This document shows, piece by piece, positions 18,041-27,318 of a stretch of DNA of 38,709 nucleotides. A model generated the notes under the pieces. It was not told where the DNA came from. It saw only the letters and a list, made by a program, of their open reading frames with translations, and made no database searches. A program made the position numbers and the translations under genes. Every line of letters starts with the position of its first letter. Within the stretch, counting starts at the first letter, position 1. The stretch lies in NCBI GenBank assembly GCA_002899795.1, contig PPDG01000475.1, positions 1 to 38,709 of the forward strand, written 5' to 3'. Origin of the DNA: Desulfobacteraceae bacterium. Its GTDB lineage: Bacteria; Desulfobacterota; Syntrophobacteria; BM002.

Positions 18041-18458
18041 AAACGGTGAACTCCTTCCTTAATTAAGGCGACTAGGCAATAGTGATGGTCCGATTGTAAA
18101 TGGACTCTGGCTTTCGGCCAAGTAGTTTTTTGCCCTTGAATTTATTATGTTGCAGTGCAATAATATACAAAGCTTTATACATGAAACCATCATTTCTTTC
18201 CGGGGATGTTTGCCCCTAGCCGTAGTTGTCGGGCGGATACCAGGTTTTCGCCTATCCTTTTTGTGGTTCGCTGGCACATTGTCGATAACAGAAATGTCGA
18301 CGGCTACTCTTGGATGGAGTTGTTGCGCCGAGGGCGATGCGTGGGGTAATGTGCGGCTTTATTCCGGCAGATTGTCGGGGTGTCGCAGACAATCCCTTGG
18401 TTTGACTCGGAGGAGGGAGGGGATTTTGCGTCCTGAATGGAACCATAATACGGGTACC

Positions 18459-19868
18459 ATGAGGGGTATGCAAAGAGCAGTGAACATAGTGGTCTCAGAG
18501 CGCATCAAGGTACCCACTGCGCCCCTGCCACCGATGTTCAAAAAGAAGCTAACTGAACGCCTCGTCTTTACTAATCCCGAATATGAGTTTCGTCAGAGTC
18601 GCGGGGAGTGGCTTGGTAACGTTCCCCCTCAGATACACTGCCTCTACGAACAAAGACAGCATTACTTTATTCCACGCGGATTTCTCTCCCAATTGTTGGT
18701 TCTCTGCCAGCAATTCGGCGTGAAATACCGGGTGGTTGACCGCCAGCGGAACCTCGAACCTGTTGAGTTCCAATTCCATGGCGTCCTAAAGGATTATCAG
18801 GAGCTGGCCTATGATGATGTGATTGCCAGAGACCATGGGACTCTGGTTGGTGACGCCAAGAGCGGAAAAACAGTCATCGCTCTCTATTTGATATCCCAGC
18901 GTAGACAGCCCACCATGATTATTGTGCCGAATGTGGCGCTGCTCGGCCATTGGAAGGAAAAGCTCGTTCGCTTCCTCAAGGTGCCAGCAGAAGAAGTCGG
19001 GATTGTTGGTGAGGGAAAATTTAATGTAGGTCCCCAGGTTACGGTGGCCCATGTAAGCGCCCTGTACCGCCGGGTGCGAGAGGTGCGTGACAAGATCGGC
19101 CTTCTGGTGGTAGACGAGTGCCACCGGACACCCTCTCGTACCTTTACCCAGGTGGTTAGCAACTTTAACTGTCGTTATCTTTTGGGTCTATCGTCCTCCA
19201 ACCAACGGCGAGACCGGCTTTCCCGGCTGATCTACTACTATGTGGGTGATATACTTCATCAAATTGACTCTCGTAAAGCAACGGAAATAAGAGCTATTTT
19301 CCAGGTCGACGTAGTGGTTCGGGAGACGGACTTTGACTATCCTTATGAGAGCAATGAGGATTATTCGTCATTGATGGCGGCCTTGGGCATGGATCCGGTG
19401 CGCAACCAACTCATTGTGGATGACGTCGCCCGTGAGCTGAGTCAGTCCACTGGTGGCCCGCTGCTGGTGCTGACCGAGGATGAAGAGCAAGACAACGCTC
19501 TGAGAGATATGCTGAACAATAAGAAGATTTCAAGCATTTCGCTTGACCCCGATGTTGTGGCGAAGGGAGGGAAGGCTTTTTCGAAACAGCTGAAAAGCAA
19601 GAAAATTCAAGTCGTTTTGGGCAACCGTCAATTTTCCCAAAAACTAGTCCCCGAGGTAAGGTTTGAAGCCATATTTCTCACCACTCCAATCAATTTTCGC
19701 GGCAAGATAATTCGGTGGTTCCAAGATGTGTTGAGGCGTGATAATGGCCAGCCGCCGATGAAAGTTTACGATTACGTAGACAGCAAGATTAGCATCCTTG
19801 ATAATTTCTTCCGCATGCGCAGCTATGCTTATGGACTGCGGTTACCGAGGCCCAGTCCCCCGAAGTAA
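18459..19868 (+). CDS. SF2 DExH helicase-family protein, UvsW-like N-terminal domain, degenerate C-terminal motifs
   Basis: Walker A is GDAKSGKT and motif II is VVDECH. Motif III reads LGLSSS, and the motif VI position reads QDVLRR instead of QxxGRxxR. The start could be 18459 or 18468. The track ORF from 18147 translates a non-coding-looking leader. Confidence 0.7.
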   Translation: MRGMQRAVNIVVSERIKVPTAPLPPMFKKKLTERLVFTNPEYEFRQSRGEWLGNVPPQIHCLYEQRQHYFIPRGFLSQLLVLCQQFGVKYRVVDRQRNLEPVEFQFHGVLKDYQELAYDDVIARDHGTLVGDAKSGKTVIALYLISQRRQPTMIIVPNVALLGHWKEKLVRFLKVPAEEVGIVGEGKFNVGPQVTVAHVSALYRRVREVRDKIGLLVVDECHRTPSRTFTQVVSNFNCRYLLGLSSSNQRRDRLSRLIYYYVGDILHQIDSRKATEIRAIFQVDVVVRETDFDYPYESNEDYSSLMAALGMDPVRNQLIVDDVARELSQSTGGPLLVLTEDEEQDNALRDMLNNKKISSISLDPDVVAKGGKAFSKQLKSKKIQVVLGNRQFSQKLVPEVRFEAIFLTTPINFRGKIIRWFQDVLRRDNGQPPMKVYDYVDSKISILDNFFRMRSYAYGLRLPRPSPPK

Positions 19869-19961
19869 AGCCTTTCTATAATCTCCTTTTTCCTTTTTAT
19901 CTCGTCTAGTTAGATCAGTGGAACACACATCGCCTCTCCAGGCTGACAACTAGGAAAACCC

Positions 19962-20741
19962 GTGAGTCGGATACGAGTTGCCATAGGTGAACAGCTAAAA
20001 ACATGTCCCCAAATAATTACTCTGGGGCTGCGGCCACAAATGGCCGACTACACGGAGCAGGAGCGCAGGTTGTTGCGAACTGCCGACATGATTTTCTACC
20101 CAACAGATCGATATGTGGATTTCTTTGCCACCTTGGGCAAGGAGACCTTTCCCAGTGTCAATTGTTATAGATTGCGAGGGAACAGACTGAAACACACCGC
20201 CTTACTACGCTTGTTGAATGTCCCGCATCCCCGCACGCGTCTATATTATGGACACAAGCAGAAAAGAGAGATTCCCAATGAATTCGCTTTTCCATTCGTG
20301 GCGAAAAAGGCCCGAGAAGCAGCCGATGGGAAGCAGGTCTTTCTCATCAACAACCGGGAACAATTAGATTGGTACAACCAGCATTTCAATCCAGCTCTTA
20401 TCCAGGAATATGTAACCCCAGAAAAGGAACTGCGGGTGATTGTTCTCAACTGCGACACCCCGTTCGGCTATCGGCGGAATGTCATCAGGAGCGATTCTAT
20501 GGACAGTTCGAGCCGCAAGGGGATCTGGAAAACGGATGATGTGGATCCTGAAGGGGTTGAATTGGCGAAAACCATCGCCAGGGATGCTGGCCTCTCCGAC
20601 GTGGCGGTTGATATGGTTTTCGACGGTAGCCGCTATTGGGTTCTCGAACTCAATTTCCTCTGGGACGAAACGGATTCGCATCAAGCCGGGCCCGATCGGA
20701 TTAAGTTTGTTGCTGAAATGATAGATCGGGGAGAGCTGTAA
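19962..20741 (+). CDS. short ATP-grasp (RimK-like) protein
   Basis: Motifs PFVAKK, IQEYV, ELRVIVL and VAVDMVF....WVLELN (Mg/ATP ligand D..E.N). The Gly-rich loop is not conserved. The GTG start is uncertain; an alternative ATG is at 20040. Confidence 0.65.
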   Translation: MSRIRVAIGEQLKTCPQIITLGLRPQMADYTEQERRLLRTADMIFYPTDRYVDFFATLGKETFPSVNCYRLRGNRLKHTALLRLLNVPHPRTRLYYGHKQKREIPNEFAFPFVAKKAREAADGKQVFLINNREQLDWYNQHFNPALIQEYVTPEKELRVIVLNCDTPFGYRRNVIRSDSMDSSSRKGIWKTDDVDPEGVELAKTIARDAGLSDVAVDMVFDGSRYWVLELNFLWDETDSHQAGPDRIKFVAEMIDRGEL

Positions 20742-20743
20742 GA

Positions 20744-20943
20744 AGCAAAGCGCATAGCGCATAGCGCAGAGCGTGCGTGGCAAAAGGCGCATCTTTCATT
20801 GAGCATTGCTGATTGGCCATTTCTCATTTCGATGAGGTCTCTTAAGTACCATTAATGCTCAATCTGTAATGATAAATCCCCGAGGAGAGATGCGGAACTA
20901 TTCATAGAATCAACGCTATGCGCTATGCGCTTTGCGCTTTGCT
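20744..20943. repeat. 200-bp unit bounded by 30-bp inverted heptamer arms
   Basis: Left arm agcaaagcgcatagcgcatagcgcagagcg (20744-20773). The reverse complement of 20914-20943 matches it at 28 of 30 positions. Confidence 0.75.
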
Positions 20944-20951
20944 AATTAACA

Positions 20952-20981
20952 TTGACACCGCAAACCATGCGTCGCTATAAT
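20952..20981 (+). promoter_or_regulatory. near-consensus sigma70 promoter for tRNA-Leu (TTGACA-18-TATAAT)
   Basis: TTGACA at 20952-20957 and TATAAT at 20976-20981. The tRNA starts 15 nt downstream. Confidence 0.7.
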
Positions 20982-20995
20982 TGTCTCGTTCAGAT

Positions 20996-21083
20996 GCCGG
21001 AGTGATGAAACTGGTAGACGTGCTGGACTCAAAATCCAGTGGGCCTTGCGCCCGTGCGAGTTCGACTCTCGCCTCCGGCACCA
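20996..21083 (+). tRNA. tRNA-Leu (anticodon CAA), type II with long variable arm, CCA encoded
   Basis: Acceptor GCCGGAG/CTCCGGC. Anticodon stem CTGGA/TCCAG with loop CTCAAAA. Variable stem GGGC/GCCC. T arm GCGAG-TTCGACT-CTCGC. Ends in ACCA. Confidence 0.93.
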
Positions 21084-21090
21084 AGCAAAT

Positions 21091-21124
21091 AGGGCGCTCA
21101 GAGGGATCTGGGCGCCTTTTCTAT
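21091..21124 (+). terminator. terminator-like hairpin after the tRNA
   Basis: agggcgc pairs with ggcgcctt (7 bp including a G-U pair), running into ttttct. Confidence 0.4.
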
Positions 21125-21385
21125 TGGCCCGGATGTAGGATGGAATGGTATGGAGGCTTCTTTTAATAGGCCTCTAATGTTGTGTTCCGTTGAATTTTTT
21201 CCACAGAGAACCGATAATAATGGAAAATGTTGAACTTTTCTGCAAAACTCTTTTATCATTGGGATATGTTGAGACATTCCAACATTAGGGTATAGTAAAC
21301 CGTTGGCCACTCACTAGACAACAGAACAATTGACAAGATTCGTTTGCAAAGAACATATCATAGTCAAGAAAGGAAGAAGAGACAC

Positions 21386-22267
21386 ATGGAAAAAGGAACG
21401 TTTGAAATTAAGCTTGGACTTTCCGAGATGTTAAAAGGTGGCGTCATTATGGATGTTGTCAATGCTGAGCATGCCAAGATAGCGGAGGAAGCTGGTGCAG
21501 TTGCGGTTATGGCATTGGAGCGCATCCCAGCCGATATTCGCGAGGCAGGAGGGGTTTCCCGAATGTCAGATCCGGCCTTGATTAAGGAGATACAGAAAAC
21601 TGTCTCGATCCCTGTGATGGCCAAATGTCGCATTGGCCATTTTGTTGAAGCGCAAATTTTAGAGGCGCTGGGAGTGGATTTTATTGATGAAAGTGAGGTA
21701 TTGACCCCTGCGGATGAGGTCAATCATATCAATAAACATCAATTTAAAATTCCGTTTGTCTGTGGTTGTCGGGATTTAGCGGAAGCATTAAGAAGAATTG
21801 GTGAAGGCGCAGCGTTGATTCGTACAAAAGGTGAAGCAGGGTCAGGCAATATTGTTGAAGCCGTGCGTCATATGCGAAAAGTAGTGGGTGAAATCCAAAG
21901 ATTGACAGCACTGCGCGATGATGAGTTGATGGCAGTCTCAAAAAAAATGGGAGCTCCTTACGAACTGGTCAAAAAAACAGCAGAACTCGGCAAGTTGTCG
22001 GTTCCTAATTTTGCCGCAGGCGGTGTGGCGACACCTGCGGATGCTGCCTTAATGATGCAGTTGGGTGCTGAATCGGTATTCGTCGGTTCAGGAATTTTTA
22101 AATCGAATGATCCGCAAGGCCGGGCACGCGCCATTGTTCAGGCGGTGACTCACTACAATGATCCGCACGTGCTTCTGGAGGTATCCGCCGGATTGGGTGA
22201 AGCAATGAAAGGCATTGAGATGAAAGATTTGCCTGAAGAGGAGCGATTACAGCACCGGGGTTGGTAA
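21386..22267 (+). CDS. pdxS: pyridoxal 5'-phosphate synthase, lyase subunit
   Basis: Motifs [25 protein letters not shown] and [15 protein letters not shown]. aaggaag SD before the ATG at 21386. Confidence 0.95.
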   Translation: MEKGTFEIKLGLSEMLKGGVIMDVVNAEHAKIAEEAGAVAVMALERIPADIREAGGVSRMSDPALIKEIQKTVSIPVMAKCRIGHFVEAQILEALGVDFIDESEVLTPADEVNHINKHQFKIPFVCGCRDLAEALRRIGEGAALIRTKGEAGSGNIVEAVRHMRKVVGEIQRLTALRDDELMAVSKKMGAPYELVKKTAELGKLSVPNFAAGGVATPADAALMMQLGAESVFVGSGIFKSNDPQGRARAIVQAVTHYNDPHVLLEVSAGLGEAMKGIEMKDLPEEERLQHRGW

Positions 22268-22270
22268 ATC

Positions 22271-22861
22271 ATGCCTAAGAAAATCGGTGTTCTAGCACTG
22301 CAAGGAGATTTCGCCAAGCATCAGGCGATGCTGCGGTTGCTGAAAATTGAAACTGTTTTGGTGAAAAAGCCCGGAGATCTGCACGGCTGTGAGGGTTTGA
22401 TCATTCCTGGCGGTGAGTCGACAACACTAACAAAATTAATTCAGAAATGTAATCTGTATGAGCCAATTCGTGAGTTTACTGAAAAACATCCAATTATGGG
22501 GACATGTGCTGGGGCGATTATGGTTGCCTCTACTGTTGACGATCAGCGGATAGAGCCTTTGCAACTCATTGACATTTCGGTTGCTCGGAATGCTTACGGC
22601 AGGCAAATCGACTCGTTTATAACCCATGTGGATGTGCCATTTTTGAAAGGATCTGCGAGGTTCAAGACGGTGTTCATTAGAGCGCCTAAGATTAGAAATG
22701 TTGGTTCACAGGTTGAAGTTTTGATGGAGTTACACGGAAACCCAATAATGGTGCAGGAAAGTAATGTTCTTGCCCTGACATTCCACCCTGAATTGACGAG
22801 TGATCCACGCATTCACAAATATTTTTTAGAACATTTCTTGAGCACTCAGGCTCTACTCTAA
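22271..22861 (+). CDS. pdxT: pyridoxal 5'-phosphate synthase, glutaminase subunit
   Basis: Motifs GVLALQGDF, IIPGGESTT and GTCAG, plus a C-terminal FHPELT. Starts 3 nt after the pdxS stop. Confidence 0.93.
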   Translation: MPKKIGVLALQGDFAKHQAMLRLLKIETVLVKKPGDLHGCEGLIIPGGESTTLTKLIQKCNLYEPIREFTEKHPIMGTCAGAIMVASTVDDQRIEPLQLIDISVARNAYGRQIDSFITHVDVPFLKGSARFKTVFIRAPKIRNVGSQVEVLMELHGNPIMVQESNVLALTFHPELTSDPRIHKYFLEHFLSTQALL

Positions 22862-22980
22862 CGTTGCAGACCGCCTACGGCGGGATGCGCTCTTGGCCCT
22901 CTTCTTGCAAAGGCTTGTAAGAATACAAGAGAGGGTGGTCATTGCAGTTATTTGGCAAACGGAAGGAAGAAAGAGCTGTC

Positions 22981-23688
22981 ATGAAAGTCTTAATAAGAAT
23001 AGGTCTGTCGGTTCTAATGGTATTATTTTTATCGATTGGTCTCTGCTATGCTCAAAATGTTGCAGGGCAAAGTACCACGAAAGGTGTGGACTATGCTGCA
23101 CAAGGTAAATTCAAAGAGGCCAACGAGGAATTTGCAAGAGCCTTGAAGGTTGACCCGTCATTTGGACCTGCAAAAAGAGCCTCGAAAGTCATGGAAGATG
23201 TGTCTGACCAGAAGATAGAAAGTCAGACAGCTGTTCATTATTTCAAGGGTATATCCTACGCCATAAAAGGCCAATATGACCAGGCGATCTCCCATTACAA
23301 CCAGGCCATAGAGATAAATCCAACGTTTGCAAATGCCTACATCAGTAGAGGGGTTGCCTATGCTCAAAGTAGGGGCCAATATGACCAGGCTATCTCTGAT
23401 TTTAGCAAGGCCATAGAGATCAGCCCTCAGTTTGCGAAAGCCTACAAAGACCGGGGATTTGCCTATTACAACAAGGGCCAGTATGACCAGGCTATCTCCG
23501 ATTACAGTAAGGCCATAGAGATTACCCCGAGATTTGCGGATGTCTACTTCAATCGGGCGGTTGCATATTACTCGAAGGGAGAATATGAGAAAGCCTGGGG
23601 CGATGTCCACAAGGTACAAAGTTTCGGTCATCAGGTTCACCCGGGCTTTCTCAATGCTCTCCGTGCAGCCTCCGGAAGACAAGGATAA
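22981..23688 (+). CDS. secreted tetratricopeptide-repeat protein
   Basis: Signal peptide MKVLIRIGLSVLMVLFLSIGLCYA. Followed by about 5 iterations of GQYDQAISD(F/Y)(S/N)KAIEI.P.FA.AY..RG.AY. Confidence 0.8.
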   Translation: MKVLIRIGLSVLMVLFLSIGLCYAQNVAGQSTTKGVDYAAQGKFKEANEEFARALKVDPSFGPAKRASKVMEDVSDQKIESQTAVHYFKGISYAIKGQYDQAISHYNQAIEINPTFANAYISRGVAYAQSRGQYDQAISDFSKAIEISPQFAKAYKDRGFAYYNKGQYDQAISDYSKAIEITPRFADVYFNRAVAYYSKGEYEKAWGDVHKVQSFGHQVHPGFLNALRAASGRQG

Positions 23689-24120
23689 ACGAGGTGAATC
23701 CAATCTCTACATTAGGCTGGACCAAAAGTTAAGCGGTAATAACGAAACGTTCCTGTCAAAACAGTCGGACCTTAGAAGGCAAATTTATTAAGTTTAGAAG
23801 CTTGCCTCGGTAGTCAAGATCTACCATTACCCCCTCTTTTTGATCTACCCGACCCATGCCACAGTGTGCTAGTATTCAGATTAACCCACAAGGCTCCTTG
23901 ATGCCAAATTTCCTTTGATCGAAAGGGAGTTAGTAGCAATTGCTTTTCTTCCATTTTTAAAACCTTGCTGTGGTGAAAGAAAAGATTTTAATCCACTCTT
24001 GAAATCCGCAGGGTCGATAGATTCTTGGCGATTGACTGGTTATAAGGATATGATTGATTCTCTATTTTCAAGCTCCCTGAAACATTGATAGCGGCTGTGC
24101 AAGTGAATTTGTGATTAGAA

Positions 24121-24840
24121 ATGCTGAATCAAATCATTGCTGTTTTCTTTATCGCCTTTTTCATTGCAACCTCCGCGCTTTTCTTTTGCGTCGCTCTTGT
24201 CATATGGCTTCTTACTGTGCTGTTTGACAACCGCTTGGTGCTGCTCCACCTGTTTTCCTCCTTCTGGGCCTCGGTTTACCTGTGGGCCATGCCCGCCTGG
24301 TCGGTTCGTGTTGAAGGAAGAAGCACCATACGGATGAGGGATCGCTATGTCTTTGTCTCCAATCACCAATCCCAGCTGGATATCCTGATGGCTTTCAGGC
24401 TCTTTTTCCCCTTCAAGTGGGTGTCAAAGGCAGAGGTGTTCAGGATCCCCTTCATCGGCTGGAACATGTATCTGAACCGGTACATTAAGCTGAAAAGGGG
24501 AGATAAAAAAGGCATCGCGAAAATGTTTGTCGATTGTGAACAGGCACTTGCCGAAGGCAACTCCCTTTTTGTCTTTCCAGAAGGCACGCGGTCAGAAACC
24601 GGAAGCCTGAAACCGTTCAAGTCGGGGGCATTCATTCTGGCCAAGAAGATGTCGGTTCCCATTGTTCCCGTCGTTATTAGCGGCACAAAGGACGCTCTGC
24701 CCAAGCATAGCTTGAATTTTCACGGCAGCCAGAAGATGAGTATAAGGGTGCTCGAACCTGTGCCACCCGAACGTTTTGCCCACCTTTCAGCCAAAGATAC
24801 AGGCGATATGATCAGAAATATAATTGCCGCCGAGCTCTAG
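24121..24840 (+). CDS. plsC: 1-acyl-sn-glycerol-3-phosphate acyltransferase
   Basis: HX4D motif NHQSQLD and FPEGTRS, with an N-terminal TM segment. Confidence 0.85.
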   Translation: MLNQIIAVFFIAFFIATSALFFCVALVIWLLTVLFDNRLVLLHLFSSFWASVYLWAMPAWSVRVEGRSTIRMRDRYVFVSNHQSQLDILMAFRLFFPFKWVSKAEVFRIPFIGWNMYLNRYIKLKRGDKKGIAKMFVDCEQALAEGNSLFVFPEGTRSETGSLKPFKSGAFILAKKMSVPIVPVVISGTKDALPKHSLNFHGSQKMSIRVLEPVPPERFAHLSAKDTGDMIRNIIAAEL

Positions 24841-24976
24841 GTTCTTGTTATCAGTGTTGTACACCCGGGCTAGGTCTGATTCTAAGGATATGAGCTTTGG
24901 AACACCATGTATAGCAGCAGGACAAATTGGCACCTTGTAGAGCGCTAGGTGTGCAGCCCAACAGGCGGCAGGAGAC

Positions 24977-27199
24977 ATGGGATTACATCTGAGAAAAATT
25001 CATGACATCAGCCTGAAATGGAAACTACTCATTCCCTTTTTGTTTCTCTCTTTTATAGGGACCACCACCCTTATCCTTTTGGGCCTTACTGCCCAGAGAA
25101 AAATAATCGAGAACCAAGAAAAGAAAAAACTGTCCGACTACTATCAAGCTTTCTCGGACCAGGTAAAAGATCGTGAAAACTCGGCATTGAGTCTGGCCTA
25201 CCAGGTCGCCAAGTCGCCGATAGTGCAAGAGGCATTTGCCCACAAAGATATGAGAGCACTCATTGATTTATTGCGACCCTCTTACGAGGTTCTGAAAGAT
25301 AAGTTTGATGTAAAACAATTTCACTTCCACACTAAACCAGCCACTTCTTTTCTGCGACTTCATCGGATCTATCAATCCGGCGAGGCCATGGCATCCTTTC
25401 GTCACACAATTAATAAGGTTGAGGAGACAGGCCAAGGAATAGCTGGGTTGGAACGAGGTACCACCGGATTCGGGGTTAGGGGCGTGGTGCCAGTCTTCTA
25501 TCAAGATGAATTTGTCGGAACCTTTGAGATCGGGTACTCGGTGGAGCGTCCTTTTTTGGATTCCCTCAAGCGTCGATACGACATGGATCTTGCCCTCCTC
25601 ATTCCAATCCACGGGACTGATGGCTTTTATACACTAACGGCCTCTTCGGCTAGCTTACAAATATCGAGTGACGAGATCTGCGGCAGGGTGTTTCGAACTC
25701 AGAATCCAGAAATATTGATTAGCCCGCCCGATGCTACTGGCTTGGCTGTTTTCCTGGGGCCATTGAAGGATTTTTACAGGAAGAGTATCGGGGTGGTGGA
25801 GATCAGCGTTAACAGATCTGCCACTCTTGCCGAGTTGGCCGAAAACAGAATCGAGATGTTTGCTGTAATGGTGGCAGCCCTGCTGTTCTCATCCATTGTT
25901 ATTGTTTGGGTGGTGACGGTCTTTCTTCGCCCTGTACGTGACATCGTTGCGGCGGCGCGAGAGATAGCTGCGGGCGAACGGGTCCGGGGAATTTCTGTGC
26001 CAGTGCGGGATGAGATCGGCACCCTGGCCAGTTCTCTCAATGACATGCTCGAATCCCTCAACAGGGCAAAGCAAGAGATTCAGGAATACTGCATCACCTT
26101 GGAAGAGAGAGTAGAGGCGAGAACACACGATCTCGTGGAAGAGAAGGAGAAATATGAGGCGCTGGTGGAAAATGCCCCTCTGATTGTCTATCGTATTGAA
26201 CCAGATGGAACTACCGTTTATGTTAACAGGGTTGTTGAGGAAATCCTCGGATACACACCCACAGAGGTAATAGCAGACAGGCAATTCTGGACCAGAATCG
26301 CACATCCGGAGGATCAGCAGAAGGTTACCAAACACCTAAGGGCCTGTCTCGCAGAGGGTAAGGAATTTCTCCTCGAGTACCGAGGCAATCGCCGAGACGG
26401 CCGGGCAGTATTTCTGCTGAACCATGCAATGCCCTTAACTGACCGGGAGGGCAGGGTGCAGGCGGTGGATGGTATCGTGGTAGACGTGAGTGAGAGGAAG
26501 CGGTTACAGGAGCAGATCATTCAAACCGAAGAACTCAAAACTCTAAGCAGTGTTTCTGCTAGGCTGGCACACGAAATCCGCAACCCTCTCACCTCGGCTG
26601 GTGGCTTTGCCCGAAGGTTGCTCAAGGAGATGGATCAGAAAGATGCTCACCGAAGTAAGGTTGAGATTATCGTGAAAGAGGTGGGCCGGTTGGAGCACAT
26701 TCTCAAAATGATTCTCTCCTACATACGCCCCGTCACTCTTGAATTTTCAGACGTTGATCTGAACAAGGTTCTGCAGGAGGCCATCAGCGGTTCCGAGGAT
26801 AAGCTTGGCAGCCAAGGAATCACGCTTGATCTGCAACTGGCAGGGGACCTTCCTGTTATTCGTGCCGACCGCGGCCATTTGCGCAAGGCGCTGGAAACCA
26901 TGCTCAAAAACGCTTGCAGCCATATGCCCGAGCAATCCTGCCTTCGAGTCAGCACGACATACAATGGAGCAGCAGTTGTTCAGCTCTGCTATCCTGCGAT
27001 TCATGTGGCGGACGACGACATGGAGCACTTCTTCTATCCCTTCGTTAGCGACAAACTCGGGGAGGCTGATTTGCAGCTGCCGTTGACCAAGGTGGTGATT
27101 CACAAACATGGAGGTGTTATCAATATAACCCGGGACGAACAGAACCAGGTCGTGATTACCGTCACCTTTTCGTCTATCGGGCATAGGCCCAATGCTTAG
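24977..27199 (+). CDS. orphan sensor histidine kinase (2 TM with extracytoplasmic sensor domain, HAMP, PAS, HisKA, atypical HATPase)
   Basis: TM helices lie near aa 20-40 and 290-315. HAMP segment. PAS (APLIVYRIEPDGTTVYVN...). H-box LAHEIRNPLT. N-box LKNACSH. The G1 and G2 boxes are not recognisable. Confidence 0.8.
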   Translation: MGLHLRKIHDISLKWKLLIPFLFLSFIGTTTLILLGLTAQRKIIENQEKKKLSDYYQAFSDQVKDRENSALSLAYQVAKSPIVQEAFAHKDMRALIDLLRPSYEVLKDKFDVKQFHFHTKPATSFLRLHRIYQSGEAMASFRHTINKVEETGQGIAGLERGTTGFGVRGVVPVFYQDEFVGTFEIGYSVERPFLDSLKRRYDMDLALLIPIHGTDGFYTLTASSASLQISSDEICGRVFRTQNPEILISPPDATGLAVFLGPLKDFYRKSIGVVEISVNRSATLAELAENRIEMFAVMVAALLFSSIVIVWVVTVFLRPVRDIVAAAREIAAGERVRGISVPVRDEIGTLASSLNDMLESLNRAKQEIQEYCITLEERVEARTHDLVEEKEKYEALVENAPLIVYRIEPDGTTVYVNRVVEEILGYTPTEVIADRQFWTRIAHPEDQQKVTKHLRACLAEGKEFLLEYRGNRRDGRAVFLLNHAMPLTDREGRVQAVDGIVVDVSERKRLQEQIIQTEELKTLSSVSARLAHEIRNPLTSAGGFARRLLKEMDQKDAHRSKVEIIVKEVGRLEHILKMILSYIRPVTLEFSDVDLNKVLQEAISGSEDKLGSQGITLDLQLAGDLPVIRADRGHLRKALETMLKNACSHMPEQSCLRVSTTYNGAAVVQLCYPAIHVADDDMEHFFYPFVSDKLGEADLQLPLTKVVIHKHGGVINITRDEQNQVVITVTFSSIGHRPNA

Positions 27200-27283
27200 C
27201 TCCAGACGCGTTGAGCTCTGCGCCATTTATTATTTCGCATCTATCATTTCAACAAACTGTCATTATTAGTGTCTCATATAAAT

Positions 27284-27318
27284 GTGCAATGACAGATGTG
27301 AGATGCCAAATGCCAAAT
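27284..27318. repeat. five phased GNNNNAT heptamers
   Basis: gtgcaat|gacagat|gtgagat|gccaaat|gccaaat. Confidence 0.75.

Noticed and set aside
18147-18458. N-terminal 104-aa extension of the helicase ORF; similar extensions at selB (28091), panD (11980), nadA (8274), rsmA (10902) and fadD (2779)
   Set aside because: The extensions have non-coding-like composition or consist of repeats. Internal ATGs preceded by good SD sequences coincide with the conserved N-termini of the families.
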